Shown here piece after piece: positions 15,001 to 27,000 of a DNA stretch of 64,000 bases (position 1 is the first letter of the stretch; each line of letters starts with the position of its first letter). A program made the position numbers and the translations under genes. The notes beneath the pieces are model-generated. The model worked only from the letters and a program-made list of their open reading frames with translations. It had not been told where the DNA came from and did not search any database. Origin of the DNA: Botryllus schlosseri (lineage: Eukaryota); assembly GCA_051294905.1 (NCBI GenBank), contig CM119372.1:7564001-7628000 (forward strand), read 5' to 3'.

Positions 15001-18000
15001 TAATACCATGACTCGGACTCGACCCTCCGCTCGGTGACTTGGACTCGGACTTGACTCGGTGGTCAAATGAAAATGACTCGACTTGACTCGAGTCAAAACT
15101 ATAAAACCGAGATTGACTTGTGACTCGGAGCCTTGTGACTTGGTTACAACCCTGAAATGTCCCTTGCATTATTTTGTTATATATAACTGCGCCACTATAT
15201 AAGCGGTTTTACGGCCACCGAATACTATCGATATAGTCGTTTAACACTTGGGAATTGAAAAATATGGACGTAATGGCATATTTGCTATAAATATTTGCAA
15301 ATATTAAATTTATATTCACAATATTACACATAAGGATGTTGTTCGTTGAAAGAAAGTTGATCAACACGTTACGTAAATACCTACCCATACGTGATGCTGT
15401 CGCGGTTGAAGTGTTTACTTATTATCACGTAGGCAAGGTTTCCCGGGTCGTAATAACACGGCAAGTGGATTCCGGGTCGGCCTATCGTCTTCTGCAAGTG
15501 CGACAATTCCCGGGATAATCTCTCCGTGTTCACGTTGCGCGTCGTACTGGTCGGTTGTAGCGTGCAAGGCACCTGTACGATGGAAAACTCCATATTGATT
15601 TCAGACGCAATATTGAATGGTGTTTTATATTGGTGTAATTATGTATTCCACGCAATCTTTGGCGATCGGAATAGACATTTCCTTCAACAGTTATCAAATA
15701 TAGGATGTTCGCAATGCATGCGTATTGGAAGAGTGTCATGACCAATTTGGATTCTATATAAGTAGATATCACACACTGTGCACTGCAGTAACAAAGCACT
15801 TATCCTTTTTCGGGGTGCTCAAGTTTTGGAATACTTCGGCAGTTTGGAGGTGAAACTACGTCTTTCAATTTACAATTGCATTCATTGGCATATTGATTTC
15901 TGAGAATCCGAATCCGAAAAATATGATCCAAAAATTCATGATAATCCTAGAAATCTCTTCAGAATCCGAAAATCCCGAAGAATCCTTATCGTACAGCCGA
16001 GCTGAGATACAATTAGTAGGTCATAGCCTCTACAAAGGGTATGTTGGGGTTAGCTGACTTATATTTGCTTGGACCGGGGCCTACGATATTGAATATCGTA
16101 GGCCCCGCTTGGACCTTTTACGGGACACCTTAGAGTGGCACCACTCCTATCACAAGTTATTCACTGTCCGTGTTTGGTTGTCGAGCTGGCGTTTTTTTTT
16201 TTGTTTCTTCTGACCTGAAATTAAAAGTCACGTCCAGTCAGAAGTCAGAACTATCAAAAAATATTCGAAACAAAACTTACAACAATTAGAAAATATCTAT
16301 AACAAAATCTGCAATAGAATCCGAATCCGATCCGGCCCGGCTGTCATAAAATTGTGCAAAATTCGGCCCGATTCCTATCCGTGTCCATCCGATGCTCATC
16401 ACTAGGGCGATTTTGTTTTTGCATGTCAAAATTGTAGCGTTAGGTCAACATTTTTCAAAATTGTTTACGAAGCCAAATTTTTTGACCTCTGCATTTCGTT
16501 TGTATCGTAGATTTTGCACTGTCTATGAACTTATCATTTGATATTTTACCGCTTGTAGCCTACCTTTGTAGACGGCCCATTGTCTGCTCATTGTGAATTA
16601 TAAACGATCAGATGAAACAAATAGGTTGACATGGTATTATGGTCAACGTACCACAATATCCTAACTGAAGCATGACTGCTTGGGCATTGCATGGTTCTTA
16701 TATCAAGAAGCGCATGATGAAAAATTGTGATGTAGACACTAGACAGCATTGTCAGAATGAAGCAACACGGTGCGTCACCAGCAGTGAATGCACAAATGCA
16801 CATGCACAACTTCAGTGTTGTCAGCCAACAACTGCTGCTGTTGAACGTTCTTTCTCCATTCTTGGCAAGCTACTTAGTAAGGACAGACACTTTCAGCCCG
16901 AGAATGTAGGAAAGTATCTTTCGTTGTACTACAACAAATTTCAATCATTTCTACCATAATACGTGATGTAACTACTGGAATTCTTAATAGTGCCAGATTT
17001 CGTTGAAATACTAGTGTTTGTTTTTTTTCAAGTTAAAATTTGTCAGTTTTTAAGCCAAAGACGTTTTTTCAAACCAAACTACTTCGTAAGGCCAGACAGT
17101 TTCAACCAGAAATGAAGATATGTAGTACAATTTTAACATTATGGGGGAAAACACCTAATTTGCATACGTGAAGTCAAAATTTGGTCAATATTCAGTTTTT
17201 TTAGTTCAAAAACAGTCATAATTTGGATTTTTTAGATCAAATTTTCCATTTTTTAGGTAAAAAAATCGCCCTACTCATCACTGAAATGAACCCGAATATT
17301 TTCGGCTCTTACAAGTTAGATTGGATAATACAAGATGTGTAGCGGTATCATAAGTGCGTGTTGTCTTGTAGGTCGTAAGTCTCAATTTACCTAGGGTGAG
17401 AAACTCAAGCTACGCCCCTTCATACCTCCTTATTGTTCATTCGGTATTTGAACAGCTTTTACCTGGAGTACTTGTCGATACGCATTGTGCTTAATGGTAC
17501 CGCTACACACCTGTACGTTTTGTAGTTCATTGTATCTCACAAGAGCTTGGACCACTTGTCTTGCATTTGATTTCGGGCCGCTCAATTTCGGATTGATTCC
17601 GTTTCGATGCTGCCAGTCTTCGTGAATCTTGATTTCCCCGTCCCCGACAAACCCTGCGGGGTAACGCGGATCATCCCACGACGACGTGGTCTGGTACACC
17701 GCGTATATCTTCAGACATAACTTGACGTCTTCGTCGTGACCGTTCTTGAAGCCGGCCGACCGCACGATATCGGATCTGGTGATGCGGCACTCCTGGAAAT
17801 TCAGACCGGATTCACTATATACACGATCGATCCCAGCGGGCCGTATCGTTAGCGAGACGCACGACTTGAATAATGGATTGCCAAACGGCATTATCCGATA
17901 GCCGCATAATGTAATTCACATTGTCGCTTGCTGCACATGTGAGCCGTTTCAAGGAAGGTCACCGCTAAAGGCTGATAATCACTGTCATTAGCGCCTGAAT

Positions 18001-21000
18001 AAGTAACACGACTCCGAAGGGAACGATCGTGCCTTTTGATACCTATGGATGTCAACCTTAAAGCCAAGATTTCAGTTACGTCGGTGTCTGGTCAGATTTT
18101 ACGTGTATCATACATTGTTATTCGCCGGATGGTTGTTGTTTGTTTGTCATATTCATGGTATTTTTTTACTTCAATGGTCATTGACACCAGGCCGATAGTC
18201 CTTGTTCCGTAGCTGACGATTTGTAGCGCGGCACACTTCCAGACATTCAAGGCTTCTGGCTTATTCACCGCATAGTATCTATATCAATAGTTTGGTACAA
18301 TCTAAATCGGGGGAGGGTAATCGAAAGCTATCGGGAATGTCTCAATTTTTAGTCCCGGAGCATCTCAAAATTCAGCAGTCAAGCTTCAAATGGCCGGACC
18401 AGTTGCAATATTGCATCACCGGTGTACGAGTTCATATTTTGGAGGTTTATCTGGGCTCCTCCTCGCCATATGATCCGCGTGAGCGGTGTCGTAAAAAGCC
18501 TAGAAGTGTGCCGTGCTACAAGTCTCAGATACGGAATCAAAATAAAGAATATCGGCCTGGTGTAAATAACCATTGCAGATGAATTACAGCATGAATACCA
18601 CAAACATCAACAGCCGGTATGCATCCGTGACAGTACTATAAACCCGATAAGCGCCGCGTTATCGTTGAATTACGGCAGGACGCAAAGAGATGAGGAATAA
18701 CTCACGGTTTGATGCAGATACTGATTGTTGAGAGCCGGCAGTATAGTCGTCGTGGCCAAGATGGCGAATAGCACTACTGAAAGCACAACAAGTACGTATC
18801 CCGTCTGAATTGTCCTAACCTCGCCGGCTGAGAACCTGTATTCCGCCATGCCACTCCAAGGCCACCCGAAACCACTCTTGAGCTTGCTGTACGGTATTAC
18901 GCTCCGCCGCCTGGACGGTCTGATGTCCATATCGAGCTGTCATCGATTTATAAGGGCAACGCGAAATTGACGTATGATTGCAGATTAATCAAGCACTCGA
19001 AATCCAATTGATAACACAGGTTATGAACTGTTGCATGAAATCATGGAGGATATTATTAACTTGCACGCGAACGGCGAACGGGAGCAATCTGTCAAGAAGC
19101 TTATGGACATTGAATATTGATTTAAAGCGTTCTCTCTGAGCACTTTTTACATTTCATTGGAATGCTGTATGATTTAATAAATTGGCTCGGTATTCGGGCA
19201 TTTAATCTTCTATGAAGGAATCGATATATATTGAGCATGAATATAAATTTTACGGAAAAGCCAATTTATGCTGTACGAACATAAAATTCTCGAACTACCG
19301 TCAAACGTTAGTAATTTGATCAAGAGCCGGTAACGCCATCGTCGAGTCCTCGCTAGAGCAACGGTCATTAGAAAAATCAATTGGCTCTCTGAAATATCAC
19401 TGGATTTACACGCTACTGAGGATATATTGAAAATGAAGGTATCGTTAGAACTAATGTATAGTAAATTGTGATGGCGTGCATGCTTCACTTTGCAAGCATA
19501 AAGGTCAAAATATTTCACTCAGTCGAAAAAAGGACCGGAGCTTCCTATGTCAGTTTGCATGTTTCCAAGCATGATCGTCATCTGACAGCACACTAAACAA
19601 ATTATTAAACTGTAGTAGTACAGCAGCTGACCATAGCACTAACATAATAGATGGAAAAATCTCTGACAATCTCTCTTCTTCCGCCACTACGATGTTTCTG
19701 AGTCTAGTTATGCGCTATATTTTACAGTCTTCTTATACGATGTACTATGCAATAGGAATTCGTGATCAATCGTTGCTGTATTTCAAGCTCAAGGGGGAGG
19801 ATATTATTTTGAGCTTTTCCACATTCCATACTTATTAATTGCATTGGCATTGCAACCACTCCGCCGCTGAAACAGACCTAACAGACTGCCGCGTATGCAT
19901 TAAAGAAAATCTGTACTAACCGTACCATTAAACGGATATTCCAATGCCTTCCTCTTGTACAAATATATAAAGACGGGAAAGGACATTCTTTCGCTCTTAA
20001 TTGCTCTTTCATGAATTATTCACGTACAGCTTTGTGATTAATTTTGCGACAAGAGAGGACATCAGCCGTGACCGCAATGTATTTTGCATCCATTTAGTAC
20101 GTACTTATCCGTTTGCAATTTCGCGCATAATTTAAAATACAGCCGCCAAAACAGCCTATATATATAACGCAAACAACTGCGTATGATAAGCATGTTCAGT
20201 GTACCGTTCATTCGACGTATGCTATTAGCGAAAAGAGTGCGTAATCGCACCCTAAAGGTGGTACACGAGAATATAGCCTACTGCAGAATTCAGAAACCCC
20301 GCTCTCGGGGCTTCTTAGCGACTGAACAGCATTTCCTAATGTGTGTGTTTCAATACAGAGCTTAATTGAGCCAATCATCAATATAAATTGGCGTTTTTAT
20401 ATCTCTGTATATAGTTATTCGCTAGTTTAGTTGTTTTGGTTACTTCACGGAAGAGACGGTTGTGATTGATTCATGATTATACCTACCAACGTCCCCATGT
20501 GCCCATACCTTCCTTCGCGCTTCATGTCTGCTTATTCCAGGATGTCAGACATCATTTGGATTACATTGTTGTATTTGTTTGTTTGTTTCTGTATTTTATT
20601 AGCGCTTATAAACACTTGGGTCATTTGCGCCCGCACAGTAATTTTCGTAAGGTCTTTCCGCTTTTCTTGCGTCCTTTTCTGGTCTTTTTGCTGCCATCTT
20701 CCTGGAGTTCGGCTCTCTCTTCCTCTGGGCTTATCAAGAAGCTGTATTTACAGCGGGATCGGCGATGAGGAGCCCACATTGTTGTATTTGATTTATACCG
20801 TGGTGTATTCCTGAGTTTTAGTTTCTATTTTCATGTACAATATTTACGCTAACCATTCACGTGCCAATTCCTTGCATAAAATCGCCCTTACAAGATAGCT
20901 TTGTATTTAGAAAATGACAAAACCCAAGGAAGACTGGTGTTCGGAATGTAACTTCGCTTTTTCCGCGGCGGAGGACGACGTAAGAGTGGAATGGAACTTT

Positions 21001-24000
21001 GGTCTAAATAGCGATAATATCACCATCTCGCCATGCTTGCTTATAGGAAATCAAATTAGCATTGGCGAGAGTGTATCAATTCAATTCCGCGATTAGGAGA
21101 ATGAGTGTGATCGCAAAAGGGATTGGCGATGATCGATATCATGTTTACGTGAAAGGGGCGCCGGAAACGATCGCCAAGCAATGCAATCAGTGTACCGGTA
21201 AGGTCATTCACTCAATGAATAATGTCGCGCATGTAGTGTACAATCGGATGTCATGGGACGTGAATGGTCACGGTAACGGTAGTATAGTATACGCATAGAT
21301 GGTCAAAGAATAGTCAGATTCGGCACTCTAGTAAATTGCCCAAAATGATGACGAAGACCCGAGGGCTGCGACGCGATTCATGGGCTAAGCTTTTCCCTTA
21401 CTTCTGCAGAAATAAAGGGAATAGGATCATTCTTGGGACTAATTGCGTTTGCAGATGGTGTGTTTGTGGGATCCGTGACCTTTACAGCACAACACTGTAT
21501 TACTGCACTAGGTCTTTATAAGCAATAAACCTTTCAATATATAAGAGTAGCCAATATGAAGACATAGTAAGACTACTTTAGGCAGAAGAAGAAATTAATG
21601 GTATGAAAAGTACTCAAGAAACTAGTTTTGGAAAGTAGATTTGGTCTATGGCGTCGCATTCCAATGCAAAATGAACTAACGACACCACAAATGCCTTCAA
21701 TTTTCAAAGATATATTCATGTATCACAATGCAAGGGGATATTTCGGCAGATGATGACGATTTCACGCATACAGGTGATGTAACCATATGTCCAAACTACT
21801 TTTTACTGTATAAAATCCACATTGACAAAAATAAGTATAGTTTTGCCGAAAACATTAGGAAGTGGACTTGAAAGACTTGGACTCGAAAACAAAACAACTT
21901 GAGTACTCAGTACAAGTACGCTAACCTATTTGAGAACTCTCAAAAAGTAGAAGTACACTTCATTGCTGAAAAACTCCTGGTATACATCGCCGGATGAAGG
22001 GATTAAATTTTTTTAAATAAAAGTTCAAATCTACCGTTCATTTCCTATCATGTCCAAGTCCGGTGGTCCCGTAATGGCTGAAATTTGTTTCAAAATTCCA
22101 CGTCCTAGTCCAGCAGTTCTCAACCTTTTTTGACATGCGCCCCCCTTGGCGATGGTCAAAAAAATTGCGCCCCCTGACCCCCTGCCCTTATCGTCATGAC
22201 AAAAAGAGCGCATAGTATAGTAGCATAGTATACATATATGTATATATCATACGACAAGTTTGAATCCGCATTCCAGTTGTTGGGTCTTTTACATTTCTGA
22301 CAAATTTCCCCGAAACTTGTTTGAAGATAACAAAATTACATTGAACAGGACATCAATTTATTTCAAGGTAGCTTGCACTGCGACTAATCCTAATGCTGGT
22401 AGTGACTACAGAGAGCACGGCGTCGTTCTGTCCTGCCATGCTAAATTTGATCAGTTTTGCAATTGAATTAATTTGTGTTGATTTAGGGTAGCCTAATTGA
22501 GGGCGAAACCGGGCAACCATATTGTCTTAGGCCAGGAGCGGGCAACTTCTCCAGTCGACGGGGCCGGATATAGGAAAATTAGGTACTTGGCGCGCCGGAT
22601 TGCTAAATCGATACATTATTCGCCTATTGGTCCACATATACAAGGAATAAATAGTATTTAATGAATGTATTTTAACGGCAGCAATGTCACTTCAAAGCCA
22701 TTTCTCGCCGATAATGACGAAGACAATTTGGATTTGAGAACAGCATTGTCATACAGGCGCCGCCATGTCTGCTTCCCTCTGATCAAAACACACGGTGCAA
22801 TCCCTAATAAAGATTCCGAGGCGTTCTATAAGCCCGGTTATCCAGATTTATCAAGATTTCAATTCATGATTAATATATGGTAAATGCCGATAAGGCCAGT
22901 ATTCTCGCTACGACGAGCTTGCCCGTAAGCTCTACTCCCGCATGCTGCGCACACACGTATATAATAACATACGTTCACTAAAATTTGACGTTTAAGCGAG
23001 TAGTGGGGAATTTCGGCAGACTGGGACCATGGACCACATTATCATGTATGTTGCCCGTCCCTGCTTAGGCAGTGCAGTTCGCCAGCTATTAACAACAGCT
23101 ACCCAGCGCACCGAGCTTTGGGCTTCTGCCAAAGCTATGTATACATGCTCAAAACGAAACTAATATTCTTATGCCAATGCCTATCGGTTATCCAAAACGC
23201 GATTTCTCAATAGGCTTGATTATTTCTTGTCCGAAGCAATGACCCGTAGCCAACTTATGATTTTTATGTCCATCTCCTCTCAAGATCCATTCTCTTCATA
23301 CCATTTAAAATACGTACCGTTTCAGTGCCTGCTAATTTCGAGGAGAAACTCCTGAGCTACACTCGGCAAGGATATCGCGTGCTGGCATTAGCCACCAAGT
23401 AAGTATATATCACGCAGACGCGCACCGCAAAACGTTTCGTTATATCCCGTATTCGGTCAACTTTTGTCGACGATTGGGGTACGGATTTTGAAGTGCCGGT
23501 AATTTTCCTGGCAATATATTACTAATGCGCCGGTACAGCGGATTCGTACGCGAAAAAAGTTTAGCGGTTCGCTTTGAACCGTATAGTAGTATATAATCTG
23601 TATATTTTAGATTTATTTGCAGTTCACTAGATATATTTGGGATATTGTGACAGTTCGAGTGCCTAGCTACTAAAAGTATGGTATACGTAAGCATGTTTCG
23701 CGGTCTAAATTGCCATTGCCCCTCAGACGCACTTGGGAGCAGATGAATCCGCCTAAATCTACTAAAGTAGAAGGATTTAGACAGCATTACGGCGTCAGTT
23801 CATCTTTACATCATATTACAAATCGATTCTTCGCAAAACTAGATTGGATATTACTATCGCGACGCCCAATTTCAACGAAATCTCCTGCCGCGTCGCGAAA
23901 GGAATGTGTGTACATTGTACAGTGTAGTATATTCCACATGCACACCCAAAAGGTGGTACATAGAAGAGTGTACCGGTCTGGTCATGGACGAATCGATTTT

Positions 24001-27000
24001 TGCAGAGATATCGAAATCGTCAGCGACGTGGGCAGCGTCGAACGCGACTTCGCGGAATCGAATCTGCGTTTCCTGGGTCTGATCGTTTTGAAAAACCCGC
24101 TGAAATCAGGAACGACGGACACTATTACGAAACTTAACAGCGCGCGCATCAGAACTGTTATGGCGACAGGTAATCGGTTCGGCGTGTGGGGGAAACGTCG
24201 CATGTTGTAATTCTGAACAAGAGGCCGATTCTTGTCATGTTACAACCACATAATGGGAGACATTATATGGTATTCAGAGTTGGTCAGTAATTAAGTACTT
24301 CTACGTTTTAGGATATATAGTTAATAGTGGGTTTTGTTTACCTGCTCCATACCTACATATTCAAGTGATTATGTTTTTGAACTATACTTCCTTAAAGCTA
24401 CACTTACTTTAGCCTTTGTATTATGTAAAGAAGAAGTCTTTTTGGGATATGTTTGCATCGCTTTTAGGAGCCAAATTGTTATAATAACCAGCGCCTCTGG
24501 ATCGCAGTTGGAGAAGTTATTCTCGAAAAATTGCACCTATTCGTAGTTTCATTAGTAGCCTACGCGAGATTATTTACTTTCGTAACTTCATTTTCTATTT
24601 GAAGTAGTTATGCAATGTTTTGCAACTTATAATTCTACTTGAGTATCAACGTTGACTAGTTCGACGACCTCTGATTGTACTCCCTCTTCGCCTTATCGTA
24701 GCAAATGTTCATAGCTCATGCTCAGTCATACAACGGTGATGTTACTGACTGTTTACTGAGACTCGCTTTCGTGCAGGTGATAATCTGGAGACGGCCATAC
24801 ACGTGGCGAAGGAATGCAAAATGGTGGGACCCGCAGATAACATCGTCATCGTCAAAGCCGAACCCACTTCAGAAATCAAAAGGGTGGCGTTATCGGTGAG
24901 CAGAGGCTAAAACTTCTGATTCTAATATATCGAGTACGGCGTAGATGCAAACCATATACACTGCGGCGTCAATAGGTCACGCAAATATTGTGTTAACGAC
25001 TGTATGTCGAATGAAACCTTGACGGTGTAACCATGTAAAATGAGATACTTCTGATCTTTTTCTCCTATTCAAATTGTCTCATATAACAACTGCGTACAGG
25101 ACTGCTTTTTCTATTTTTCAGTGGGAACCATTAGAAGCGGGCGACGACGAATCCTCGCTCCCGATAGAAACGTCGTTCTCAAGTTTAAAGCCAATCGTTG
25201 AGGTGTGCTTGTTTCTGATTGAAATTCATATCGCTAAGTTGACTCGTGCACAATTTCTAGTTGCAATAGTGTTAGGGGTTCTTACGCTTTTGTGGACTGG
25301 AAGGACACCACATCAAGCTCAACTGTATTTAGCATATTGCATGCCTAAAAGAAGATAACTAATGACAAGACAAGGTAGTCACAACCACTCATGACGTCAT
25401 TCTCAGAGGATAATCTGCTTTTGTAGTGTCTTGGCGACGTACTGCCGTCTCACCGTGGCCCAGTTTAACAACCCCCGCATAGTATAGGTCATCGGCAAAA
25501 ACAGTCGTGTTCGCCAGTATGATATCAAAACAACAGCAGCAAATTTCTCATTACATCGAAGTTCCCATTTTTGCTGTTGTTGGGTTGTATATACTTTTGT
25601 CTTAATTACATGTTGGGTATTGGGTTGATTTTGATATTTAAGATCTGCTAAATTTATTTTTATTTTGACATTTTACCGGTTCACGTGCTGGCGGGGAAAC
25701 ATTGACCTATACCACTGACAGTTTGGCGGTTTAGCTTATAGACTATAGAACGAGCTAACGAATGCTGGACCAGAGTGACCAGACTTTGGATCGCAGTCAC
25801 CAACTCAAAGACTTGAGATTCTGGCGTCACAATTCGATCCTAACGTGTCGTCATTTCCATCTCCTAACTATAATTCGAATGTTACGACCTTCCGATCCGT
25901 TTCTCCTCCAGAATCCTCCAGATATCAGAAATCATCTCGCAATGACCGGAGACACTTTGGAACTGATCCGAACCCATTCCAACGAGCTCTACAACCGCGT
26001 CTTGATGTCCGCTACGGTGCTGGCGCGAATGAAGCCGGAACATAAACGGTATCTCGTGGAGGGTTTACAGGAGACCAAGTAAGCAGCCGATTTCGCCGCT
26101 GTGTACTTCTACTTTTCGGAGTTCTCCAGTGTAGGCTTTGTGTATACTTGCAATAATTACTCCAGTGGCTGTATGTTTCAGACTACTTCTACTTCTATTT
26201 GAAAATTTTGTAGGCAAAGCTACTTAATTTTTCCACTTGAAATTTTTAAGTGTCGAAAGTCGAGTTGTGATGAATTTCGCGCGAACTAAGCGTCCCTGTA
26301 TCACGGTAACTCCATATATTTTCTAAGACTGTAACTGAAGAGCTTGTTGTAGGTACAGAACTTCAATATACAATTGAAAAGTATATTCATATTGAAATAA
26401 ACCCGAATATGTCGATATACAATGTACTTGTAATTGAGTACAGATTTACGGCGTTACCTCTGCTTGAGTATCAACGCTGACAACTTTGACCGCATCTGGT
26501 TACGATGATCGTAACGCCCCCATGCCAGAACACCGCGGAATTTGTGCTATTACCTGGCAGAGAAATCTAACTTTAAGCTAGTCTATACAGTATATGATAG
26601 AATCGGTCTAATTGAAATGGAAGGGTGAAAAAAGCGTATGCAGCTACACGCACCATTTTCAATTATACAATATGCATACCTACCAGACTAATTAAAGCGA
26701 TATACCGGTACTCTAATTACAATCTAATTTGCAAATGTTTCTATGATCTAATTTTAATTCCAATCTAATTTCCGGTTTTCCTGAAAACGTTGCGGGAGAC
26801 CTGTATAGCACGAAACCATCCAGCAGACATTTGCCATTCTCGTGCTTCCGGGAACGAACTCTGATTTGATACGAACTGAACTTTATTCAATTTCTAAGTT
26901 TCGCGAATTCACTTATAATAATTCTAATTTATTTTTGGACGAATTGTGTAGCTATAATTCTAATTCTAATCTAATTTTGAAAATTGGAAATTTTTTTAGT

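Noticed and set aside
20570-20740. RTE-like LINE 3' end ([13 protein letters not shown]… with a CAAA tail) on the - strand
   Set aside because: Too short and diverged to call with confidence.
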